A stretch of 45,257 nt of DNA, from positions 1 to 45,257 of the forward strand of contig DSAX01000053.1 in NCBI GenBank assembly GCA_011046235.1. Direction: 5' to 3'. Position numbers and translations under genes: made by a program. This DNA is from Methanobacteriota archaeon (lineage in GTDB: Archaea; Thermoplasmatota; Thermoplasmata; UBA10834; DTMW01). The notes under the pieces were generated by a model. The model had not been told where the DNA came from. It searched no databases and was given only the letters and a program-made list of their open reading frames with translations. Shown in pieces: positions 17,701 through 25,393 of this stretch (its first letter is position 1; every line of letters starts with the position of its first letter).

Positions 17701-19713
17701 TTACCACTCCCCCCATTCGAAAACGATAAGGAACAGCAGGAGCAGGCACCCACCGATCACGATCGCTGCGACATAGTTCTGCACCTGGCCGGTCTGCGAC
17801 CTGCGTATGAACGCGCCCGATTTACTGCTCAGCCAAGCCATCCCGTTGATCGCGCCGTCTATGACGTATCTGTCGAATATGTCCGCGACGAGCGATATGC
17901 CGTATATGATGTTGTACGCGAAGGCGTCGTAGAACCAGCTGATATAGTACCTCTCGGCAAGCAGCTTCTGGAGCTTCCCGGTGACTCCCGAGGCGAGCCT
18001 CGAGACGGAGAACGCCCCTTTGTAATAGATCGAATACGCCGTGAACAGACCGACCGCCGAGACGATCAGCGAGGCATAGGTCAGCGGGCTCGTGAAGATC
18101 TCCCCGAGCGACTCAAGCGGGTGGATCGCCTCCACCGCGACCGAGGAGCCTATCGTCGAGGATATGGAATCCGACATGAAGGAGAAGAATCCTCTGCCGA
18201 TGAAGAAGGCGAAGCCGGATACCGCTGCCAGAGATGCGAGGATCATCAATGGGACCGTCATCGAAACGGGTGATTCATGCGCGTGCGCATCGGACCTCTG
18301 CTTCCCGGTGAAGGTCATGAACCACATCCTGAACATGTAGAAGGCGGTCATGAATGCGGTCGCGACCCCCATGATCCAGAGTATCAGGAAAACGGTGCTA
18401 TAGCTCCCCGCGTCCTCGAACGCGTGGAAGGTGCTGGCAAGCACCTCGTCCTTCGACCAGAAGCCGCTGAAGGGCGGAATGCCCGCGATCGATAGAGAGC
18501 CTATGAGCATCGTGATGGAGGTGATCTTCATGGTCTTACCCAGACCCCCCATCTTCAGCATGTCGTTGGTGCCGACCGCGTGGATGACGCTCCCCGCGGC
18601 AAGGAATAGAAGCGCCTTGAAAAAGGCGTGGTTCATCATGTGGAATATCCCTGACGAGTACCCTGCTCCGAGGCCGTCGTGCCCCCCGTCGTGCATGAGA
18701 CCGGTTATTATCAGGCCGCCCGCTCCGAGCGCGAGCATCATGTACCCGAGCTGGCTGATCGTGCTGTAGGCGAGGACTCTCTTGATGTCGACCGCGACGA
18801 GGGCGTTGGTCGCCGCTATCAGGGCGGTGATGCCTCCGATAATCGCTATGAATGCGAGCGCGTCCGGCGTCTGCACGAGCATCGGGTACGACCTCGCCAC
18901 GAGGTAGACCCCGGCCTTGACCATGGTCGCCGCATGGATGAGCGCGGATACCGTGGTCGGGCCCTCCATCGCGTCTGGCAGCCATTCGTGCAGCGGGAAC
19001 TGCGCGCTTTTTCCAATCGCGCCGCCGAACAACAGGATCATGCTCAGGGTCGCCATGCCTGAGGACATGCCGCTTCCCTCCAGACTTCCCTCTGCGAATA
19101 GTTCCGAGAAGTCAAGCGTGCCCACATATCTCAGCAGGATGATCAGTCCCGACAGCAGCATGATGTCGCCGACGCGGGTGACTATGAACGCCCTTTTGGC
19201 GGCGCTTGCGGCGCTCGGCTTGTGCTTCCAGAACCCGATGAGCAGGTACGAGCAGAGGCCGACGAGCTCCCAGAAGATGAACATTTCAACGAAATTGTCC
19301 GCGAGTACGAGGCCGAACATGACCCCGATGAACAGGGCGATTTCCGCGTAGTACCTGCGCTTCGTCTCTCCCTCCCCGTGCATGTACCCGACGGAATATA
19401 TCACGACCAGAGTGCCGACCAGGGACACGACGAGCAGCATGACCGCGGTCAGCTGGTCGATCCAGATCCCGAATGTGAGCTCGAAAGATCCCGCGCTTAA
19501 CCAGGTCATTCGAGGCGAATCAGGCCCGGTCAGCGTATGACCGTTCAAGACATCGATGATGACCAGAATGGACAGGACGAAGGAGGCGGTCGACATTCCG
19601 ATGATGTACGGTGCACCGCCTTCCCAGATCAGCCATTTCTTCGGGACGAGCGAGATGATAAGGAACCCGATGATCGGAAAGACCGGGATCAGCCATGCGT
19701 AGTCGATCATCAT
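17701..19713 (-). CDS. nuoL: Complex I-like subunit L
   Basis: HEWLPDAMEGPTTVSALIHAATMVKAGVYL signature. At 670 aa it includes the C-terminal lateral-helix region. Confidence 0.9.
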   Translation of the reverse strand: MMIDYAWLIPVFPIIGFLIISLVPKKWLIWEGGAPYIIGMSTASFVLSILVIIDVLNGHTLTGPDSPRMTWLSAGSFELTFGIWIDQLTAVMLLVVSLVGTLVVIYSVGYMHGEGETKRRYYAEIALFIGVMFGLVLADNFVEMFIFWELVGLCSYLLIGFWKHKPSAASAAKRAFIVTRVGDIMLLSGLIILLRYVGTLDFSELFAEGSLEGSGMSSGMATLSMILLFGGAIGKSAQFPLHEWLPDAMEGPTTVSALIHAATMVKAGVYLVARSYPMLVQTPDALAFIAIIGGITALIAATNALVAVDIKRVLAYSTISQLGYMMLALGAGGLIITGLMHDGGHDGLGAGYSSGIFHMMNHAFFKALLFLAAGSVIHAVGTNDMLKMGGLGKTMKITSITMLIGSLSIAGIPPFSGFWSKDEVLASTFHAFEDAGSYSTVFLILWIMGVATAFMTAFYMFRMWFMTFTGKQRSDAHAHESPVSMTVPLMILASLAAVSGFAFFIGRGFFSFMSDSISSTIGSSVAVEAIHPLESLGEIFTSPLTYASLIVSAVGLFTAYSIYYKGAFSVSRLASGVTGKLQKLLAERYYISWFYDAFAYNIIYGISLVADIFDRYVIDGAINGMAWLSSKSGAFIRRSQTGQVQNYVAAIVIGGCLLLLFLIVFEWGEW

Positions 19714-19717
19714 TCTC

Positions 19718-20038
19718 TTACCACCTCAGGATATTGATCTTCGTGACATCGATCGAGTCGTGCCTCTTGTATAAGACGAGGAATATCGCGAGCCCGATGG
19801 CCACCTCGGCAGCCGCCACGGTCATCGACGCGAGGGCGAATATCTGCCCCATGGCGTCCGGATATCCGTGAAGCTCCGTGCTGTACGCGGAGAAGGTGAC
19901 GAGGCTGACGTTGGCCGCGTTCAGCATGACCTCGATCGACATCAGCACCAGTATGCCGTTCCGCGCCGTCAGCACGCCGTATGCTCCCACGGCCATCAGG
20001 AGGGAGGAAAATATCAGCCAATCGATCATCGGGATCAT
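19718..20038 (-). CDS. nuoK: Complex I-like subunit K
   Basis: 106 aa with three TM helices and GILVLMSIEVMLNAANV. ATGA overlap with the preceding gene. Confidence 0.9.
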   Translation of the reverse strand: MIPMIDWLIFSSLLMAVGAYGVLTARNGILVLMSIEVMLNAANVSLVTFSAYSTELHGYPDAMGQIFALASMTVAAAEVAIGLAIFLVLYKRHDSIDVTKINILRW

Positions 20039-20280
20039 TCTCTATCCTCCTCCTTTGCGAGGAACACGGCTCCGAGCAACGCCACGATCAGAAGCATCGC
20101 GAGAAGTATCATGAGGGGGCTGTATGCGGGGTCATCTTCATCGCCGAAGAACTGTTGTCCGAGCTCCTCGCTCGACGTGTCGTCGGGATGGGACGCCTGC
20201 CAATCCACCTGAAGGAAGATGGCGATCATGATGGCCGCAAGAAATGCCACCAGCGCGATCATCACCCTGTCCGATTTCAT
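20035..20280 (-). CDS. nuoJ: Complex I-like subunit J, C-terminal half (split nuoJ)
   Basis: 81 aa with two TM segments flanking an acidic loop, corresponding to the C-terminal part of NuoJ. ATGA overlaps on both sides. Confidence 0.75.
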   Translation of the reverse strand: MKSDRVMIALVAFLAAIMIAIFLQVDWQASHPDDTSSEELGQQFFGDEDDPAYSPLMILLAMLLIVALLGAVFLAKEEDRE

Positions 20281-20540
20281 TTCTCGCTCCCTCCCGGCAG
20301 ATCCCTCTTGGTGAGCATGATGGCGAACAGTATGACCACGACGATCGCCCCCACATAGACGAGTATCTGGACCAGCATCATGAACTCCGCTCCCAGCAGC
20401 ACGAAAAGTGCGGCAATCGCAAGAAAGCCAGTCGCCAGGAATATCACCGAATGGGTGATCTCCTTCGACCTCAGCATGGCCATTATCGAGACCAGGGTGA
20501 GTATCGCGAGAAACCAGAAGACGATCTCCGTCAGGGTCAT
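20277..20540 (-). CDS. nuoJ: Complex I-like subunit J, N-terminal half (split nuoJ)
   Basis: 87 aa with three TM segments: IVFWFLAILTLVSIMAMLRSKEITHSVIFLATGFLAIAALFVLLGAEFMMLVQILVYVGAIVVVILFAIML, a NuoJ N-terminal pattern. Confidence 0.8.
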   Translation of the reverse strand: MTLTEIVFWFLAILTLVSIMAMLRSKEITHSVIFLATGFLAIAALFVLLGAEFMMLVQILVYVGAIVVVILFAIMLTKRDLPGGSEK

Positions 20541-21511
20541 TTCTTACCAGCCCCCTTCTTACCAGCGTCGCCTTTGCCGGCCGATGTGAGCTTGGATTCG
20601 GGCACCATACTCAGTGCGTCGAACCTGCACGCGTTAGCGCACCTGCTGCACCCGACGCATTTCTCGAGCGCGAAGACCGCCCGCTTCTTCGGCTTGCCCT
20701 TCTTGCCGCCCGCAAGCGTCTTCTCCGTGCCTGGCATCTCCGCCATGTAAATCACCTGGGAAGGGCATGCCCTGAAGCACGCACCGCACCCGGTGCATTT
20801 CTCCAGCTCTAATACCGGCAGAGGCCGCTCGAACATGACGACGAGCTTCTCCCTCATCTCGATCGCCTTCTCGGGGCACACCTCGGCGCATTTTCCGCAC
20901 TGGGTGCAGATGGTGAGGTCGATTACCGGCATCCTCTTCCCGGTCTTGTCCACATCGACCATTCTGATGCACTGCACCGGGCATACCTTGGCGCACTGCT
21001 CCTTGCCCGTGCACTTGTCAAAATCGACGGCCGGCACCTTGATCGACTGTTTCGGCTCGTGTACGACAATGTCGTCCTTCCTAAGGGATTCTGGCTCGAA
21101 TGCCATTCCCTCTCTGTCGTATGATGAGAGCTCGTACTCCGAGGTCATTATCAGCGCGTCCGTCGGACATATTTCGACGCAAAACCCGCAGAAGAGGCAG
21201 CGGGCGTAGTCCACCCCGGGCCGCTCGATCTTCCCCAGCTCCGGATCGACGATCTTCTTCATCCACATGCAGTCATTCGGGCATATGTCCACGCACTGGC
21301 CGCAGCCGATGCATTTCGTGAAGCTCAGAAGGTGCTTCCCGCGGTATCTGGGGGGCAGCACCTGCCGCTCCCTCGGGTACAGGATCGTGTTCGGCCGCCC
21401 GCGGAGCGAGCATCTGACGAACTGGGTCAATGTGGTCAACATGGGCTTGAGGACCATGCCTGTGAAGGAGACCTTCTCCCTCCTTGGCCGGTCGCATATC
21501 TTATCGGCCAA
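20537..21511 (-). CDS. nuoI: Complex I-like subunit I with a C-terminal polyferredoxin-type extension and Lys-rich tail
   Basis: The NuoI core has T.LYPRER and two CxxCxxCxxxCP motifs (CIGCGQCVDICP, CLFCGFCVEICP). About 170 further residues carry CTGKEQCAKVCP (degenerate), CTQCGKCAEVCP, CTGCGACFRACP and CVGCSRCANAC. The protein ends in KGDAGKKGAGKK. The listed start is TTG immediately after the nuoH stop. Confidence 0.85.
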   Translation of the reverse strand: MADKICDRPRREKVSFTGMVLKPMLTTLTQFVRCSLRGRPNTILYPRERQVLPPRYRGKHLLSFTKCIGCGQCVDICPNDCMWMKKIVDPELGKIERPGVDYARCLFCGFCVEICPTDALIMTSEYELSSYDREGMAFEPESLRKDDIVVHEPKQSIKVPAVDFDKCTGKEQCAKVCPVQCIRMVDVDKTGKRMPVIDLTICTQCGKCAEVCPEKAIEMREKLVVMFERPLPVLELEKCTGCGACFRACPSQVIYMAEMPGTEKTLAGGKKGKPKKRAVFALEKCVGCSRCANACRFDALSMVPESKLTSAGKGDAGKKGAGKK

Positions 21512-22627
21512 TCAGAACACCCCCAGCGTCTTCAACACGACGGCGATCACGAGGTTGAGCATCGCCAGCGGCAGCAGCCGCTTCCATCCGAGGTCGAGTA
21601 TCTGGTCGGTCCTGATCCTCGGGAGCGAGGCGCGTATCCAGACGAATATCACGAAGACCATGTAGGCCTTGATCAGGAACCAGAACTCGTCCGGGATTAT
21701 CGCCGGGCCGTTCCATCCGCCGAGGAAAAGGGCGGCTGCGATCGCGCAGCCCGCGTACCCGCGGACATATTCGGTCATCATGAAGAACCCGAACCTCATG
21801 CCGCTGTACTCGGTAGTCCAGCCCTCGACCAGCTCCGCCTCGGCCTCCGGAAGATCGAACGGTATCCGCTCGACCTCGGCCACAATGCAGACCAAGAATA
21901 CCAGGAATCCGATGAACAGAGGCACCGCGTACCACATGTCCGCCTGAGCTTCCACTACGTCCACGAAGCTGAAGCTTCCCGCGAGGACGATGACGGAGGC
22001 GACGCTGAGCAGCAGCGGGATCTCGTAGCTCATCATCTGAGCCGCGGACCGCATTCCTCCGATGAGCGTGAACTTGTTGTTCTCCGCCCAGCCAGCGACC
22101 AGGATGGAGAACGGCGCAACGGCGAAAATCGCGAACGCGAGTATCACGCTTCCCGGGACGGGAGTCCCCTCGTCGGTTATTCCGAACTCGGGGCCGATCG
22201 GTATCGTCCCGAGTATCAGGATCGAGGAGCCGATGAATATGACCGGGGCGATGAAGTAGCTGAACTTGTCCGCCTTAATAGGCGTGATGATCTGCTTCAG
22301 GAAGAACTTGAGCCCGTCCGCGAAATTCTGGAAGTAGCCGAGAGGGCCGACATAGAACGGTCCTCGGAAGTCCCAGAACCTGGCGAGTAGCTTCCTCTCT
22401 ATCCAGATCAAAGTCACGACATTCAGAAGCGCCACTACTATGAGGAGTATGATCTCCATGAGGATCGTGAATATGCGCATGACGCCGGGAGAGGCGAGCC
22501 AATCCCCGAGCGAGTCGAAGGCTTCCCCTATGGAGCCCGGGATCAGCCATCCAAGGCCGTAGATGAAGAAGTTGACGATGTCAACCAGCAAATTTGTCAG
22601 GTCGTAAGATACGCTCCACAGGTCCAT
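21512..22627 (-). CDS. nuoH: Complex I-like subunit H
   Basis: Polytopic membrane protein with GWAENNKFTLIGGMRSAAQMMSYEIPL and ER.PFDL.EAE..LV.G motifs. Confidence 0.9.
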   Translation of the reverse strand: MDLWSVSYDLTNLLVDIVNFFIYGLGWLIPGSIGEAFDSLGDWLASPGVMRIFTILMEIILLIVVALLNVVTLIWIERKLLARFWDFRGPFYVGPLGYFQNFADGLKFFLKQIITPIKADKFSYFIAPVIFIGSSILILGTIPIGPEFGITDEGTPVPGSVILAFAIFAVAPFSILVAGWAENNKFTLIGGMRSAAQMMSYEIPLLLSVASVIVLAGSFSFVDVVEAQADMWYAVPLFIGFLVFLVCIVAEVERIPFDLPEAEAELVEGWTTEYSGMRFGFFMMTEYVRGYAGCAIAAALFLGGWNGPAIIPDEFWFLIKAYMVFVIFVWIRASLPRIRTDQILDLGWKRLLPLAMLNLVIAVVLKTLGVF

Positions 22628-22633
22628 GTCAAA

Positions 22634-23716
22634 TCACTTGTCCGTCTCCCCCATGCAGACGTCGATGCTGCCCATGATCGATACGACATCCGCGACCTTG
22701 TATCCGACGAGCATCTTCTTTGCCGCGGAAAGCGTCACGAAGAGCGGGCTTCGAACCTTCAGCCGATATGGCTTGTCGGTCCCGTCTCCGATCACATACA
22801 TGATTCCCTCCCCGCGCGGGTCCTCGACCCTGCCGATCGCGTCCCCCTCCGGGGCGTACATCGGGGTCTTGACTCTGACCGGTCCCTTTGGCATCTTTTT
22901 CAGCGCTTGCCTAACGATGTTGCAGCTCTCCCTCATCTCGTTCATTCTCACGACGTACCGGCCGTATACATCGCAGTCCGAGTGGCACTGAACCTCGAAG
23001 TCCATCTCGTCGTAGACCTCGTACGAGTTGTGCTTCCTGACATCGTACTTTACATTGCTCGCCCTGAGGGTCGGTCCTGTGACTCCGAGATTTATCGCGT
23101 CCTCGCGGCTGAGAATGCCCAGCCCCTCGCTCCTCATCAGGAAAATTTTCGAGTCGCGGTAGAGGGTCTCGTGCTCCTCGATGCGCTTCTCGAAGAAGTC
23201 TATCGCGCGTAGGCAGTCCCTCTCGAACTCGGGGGGCAGGTCTGCTGCTACACCGCCTATTCTAGAATAATTATAGGTCAGCCGGGAGCCGCTGAGCATC
23301 TGAAGCAGGTCCACCATTATCTCCCGGTCCCTCATCGCGAGGACGAACCCGGCGAGAAGGCCGATATCGGCCGCATATGCCGCGAGCCACATCATGTGCG
23401 AGGCGATCCTCTGGATCTCGATGGCCATGACCCTGATGTACTTGGCCCTCTCGGGGACTTCGACGCCGATCAGGTTCTCGACCGTCATGCAGTAAAGATG
23501 GTTCCAGGTTATCGATGAGCCGTAGCACAGCCTGTCGGTTATCGGGCCGATCTGGGTGTAGTTCTTGTTCTCGAATATCTTCTCCATGCCGCGGTGCAGG
23601 TAGCCGATCTCGGGCATGGCGTCGACTATGACCTCTCCGTCAACCTTGACCCTCAGGTTCCAGAGCCCGTGGGTCATCGGATGCTGGGGTCCCATGTTGA
23701 TCCACATTTCTGCCAT
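22634..23716 (-). CDS. nuoD: Complex I-like subunit D
   Basis: NMGPQHPMTHGLWNLRVKVDGE at the N-terminus and ...DVCMGETDK at the C-terminus. Confidence 0.9.
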   Translation of the reverse strand: MAEMWINMGPQHPMTHGLWNLRVKVDGEVIVDAMPEIGYLHRGMEKIFENKNYTQIGPITDRLCYGSSITWNHLYCMTVENLIGVEVPERAKYIRVMAIEIQRIASHMMWLAAYAADIGLLAGFVLAMRDREIMVDLLQMLSGSRLTYNYSRIGGVAADLPPEFERDCLRAIDFFEKRIEEHETLYRDSKIFLMRSEGLGILSREDAINLGVTGPTLRASNVKYDVRKHNSYEVYDEMDFEVQCHSDCDVYGRYVVRMNEMRESCNIVRQALKKMPKGPVRVKTPMYAPEGDAIGRVEDPRGEGIMYVIGDGTDKPYRLKVRSPLFVTLSAAKKMLVGYKVADVVSIMGSIDVCMGETDK

Positions 23717-23722
23717 TTGCCC

Positions 23723-24241
23723 TCACTCCAGATCCATCTTGAAGTCCTTCCTGAGCGGGAAGTACTCGTATTCCTGCGGCAGCAGTATCCTCCTCGGGTC
23801 GGGGTGGTTCGTGAACACGATGCCCATCATGTCGTACGCCTCGCGCTCGTGCCAGTTCGCGCCCTCCCAGAGAGGGGTGACGCTGTCGATCCTGGGATCA
23901 TCCTTCGGCACGCTCACCTTGACCTCCATGGTGCAGCAGTTGGTGTACGAGAAGATGTGATAGACCACTTCGAACCGGTCATCCCAATCCACGGCGCTCA
24001 GCAGGGAGAGGTGGTCGAACTCCATCGCGTCCCTGAGCAGCCTGCAGAGCTTCAGCAGCGACGGTCTTTCGGTCCTCAGGCGGACCATGCCCCTGCCTAT
24101 CTTCAAGTCAGAGATATCGCCGCCCATCTTTGCAGAGAGCTCCCTGCCTATCCTGCTCTCGATGCCGGCGACGACCCTCCTCGTGACCGTCACCTCGGTC
24201 TCCTCCCCCCTCAGATCGGATTTGCCCTGCAATCGATTCAC
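23723..24241 (-). CDS. nuoC: Complex I-like subunit C
   Basis: [19 protein letters not shown] and PLRKDF motifs; 172 aa. Confidence 0.9.
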   Translation of the reverse strand: MNRLQGKSDLRGEETEVTVTRRVVAGIESRIGRELSAKMGGDISDLKIGRGMVRLRTERPSLLKLCRLLRDAMEFDHLSLLSAVDWDDRFEVVYHIFSYTNCCTMEVKVSVPKDDPRIDSVTPLWEGANWHEREAYDMMGIVFTNHPDPRRILLPQEYEYFPLRKDFKMDLE

Positions 24242-24810
24242 TTCCTGATCCAGTCTTCAGTCAGGACCCCCTTCCTCTCCGCCCTGATCTTATCCTGAAG
24301 CTTGACGATCCCCTCGATCATCGCCTCGGGGCGCACAGGGCAGCCGGGTATGTAGACATCGACCGGAATGAACTTGTCAACCCCCTCTATGATGCTGTAG
24401 CTCTGCCAGAACGGTCCTCCGCTGATCGAGCACTCGCCCATCGCGACGACCCACTTCGGGTCCGCCATCTGGTCGTACAGCCTCTTCAGGTCGGGCTTGA
24501 GCTTCTTGGAAACAGGTCCGTTCACCAGCAGAATATCGCACTGCCTCGGCGTCGATCGGTATATGACGCCGAACCTCTGGGCGTCGAAACGCGGCGCAGA
24601 CGCCGCGCCCATCTCAAGGGCGCAGCACATTATGCCAAAATGCAGCGGGAAAAGCGAGTTGATCCTCGCCCATTGGAAGAAGTCGGTGAAAACGCGGTCG
24701 ACCGCCCTGCCAATTGTCGATCTCTTGAGCATGCGCCCGAACCAGTCATCGGCCCACTCAAGGAAGTCCTTTGAGCGCATGAGCATGACAGAGCCGATCT
24801 TCCCGCTCAT
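24238..24810 (-). CDS. nuoB: Complex I-like subunit B (N2 cluster subunit)
   Basis: [20 protein letters not shown] and [10 protein letters not shown] cluster-binding motifs. Confidence 0.9.
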   Translation of the reverse strand: MSGKIGSVMLMRSKDFLEWADDWFGRMLKRSTIGRAVDRVFTDFFQWARINSLFPLHFGIMCCALEMGAASAPRFDAQRFGVIYRSTPRQCDILLVNGPVSKKLKPDLKRLYDQMADPKWVVAMGECSISGGPFWQSYSIIEGVDKFIPVDVYIPGCPVRPEAMIEGIVKLQDKIRAERKGVLTEDWIRK

Positions 24811-25166
24811 ATCCAGATTATCTCTTCCTTCTTCAGCGCGTATGTTACCCCCACCATGAGAATCCCCAGGAACGATAACAGCATGATCTTAGCGATATCG
24901 CCCATGTCCGAGAACACGAGCGCCCACAGAATAACGAATATGCTGACCAGGTCGAACGCCACGAATATTATCGCGAACATGTAATATTGAAAGTGGAACT
25001 GGATTTTCGCCTCGCCGATTGGTACCTCACCGCACTCGTAGGTCTCCTGCTGTTTCGGGATTACCTTGAGCGGTCTGAAATATCTAGACAACCAGAACAC
25101 GATTACTGGAAGTGCCAAGGATACTACGGCAAATATCGCAAACGGGAGATACGTGTCCGAAAGCAT
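24807..25166 (-). CDS. nuoA: Complex I-like subunit A
   Basis: [32 protein letters not shown] signature. The start is set at the internal ATG (25166, [12 protein letters not shown]...) because a palindromic TATA-like box sits about 27 nt upstream. The 34-codon extension in the listed ORF is not NuoA-like. Confidence 0.85.
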   Translation of the reverse strand: MLSDTYLPFAIFAVVSLALPVIVFWLSRYFRPLKVIPKQQETYECGEVPIGEAKIQFHFQYYMFAIIFVAFDLVSIFVILWALVFSDMGDIAKIMLLSFLGILMVGVTYALKKEEIIWI

Positions 25167-25188
25167 CTGGGGGGACGAATACTCTAGT

Positions 25189-25198
25189 CCTATATAGG
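25189..25198 (-). promoter_or_regulatory. Candidate TATA box (CCTATATAGG) for the nuo operon, with leaderless-type spacing
   Basis: Palindromic TATA-like element centred about 27 nt upstream of the proposed nuoA ATG at 25166. Confidence 0.5.
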
Positions 25199-25359
25199 CA
25201 TTTTCGGCGACCGCCCGACGAGAAGACGAATAGAGAGGCAGGCAAATCGACACTGGCTTATGATCCAACAGTCACCTTTTCCGGGGATGATGACCGTTCA
25301 TCCTGGACGACGGTTCCGCGAGCTCCTCGGGATCTGCAGCGGTCGCGGTAGACCCACGA

Positions 25360-25369
25360 TTTTTAATAG
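25360..25369 (+). promoter_or_regulatory. Candidate TATA box (TTTTTAATAG) for the radical SAM gene, with leaderless-type spacing
   Basis: AT-rich box centred about 29 nt upstream of the ATG at 25394, inside the divergent intergenic region shared with nuoA. Confidence 0.5.
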
Positions 25370-25393
25370 TTCGTCGCGGCATTTTGCCTCAGA

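Noticed and set aside
21332-22390. 352-aa plus-strand ORF antisense to nuoH/nuoI, plus similar ORFs at 23594..24298, 12714..13592, 34571..35263, 37463..38179 and 2492..3052
   Set aside because: All lie inside confidently assigned genes on the other strand and translate to biased, motif-free sequence rich in Arg, Asp, Glu, Pro or Ser. They are shadow ORFs.
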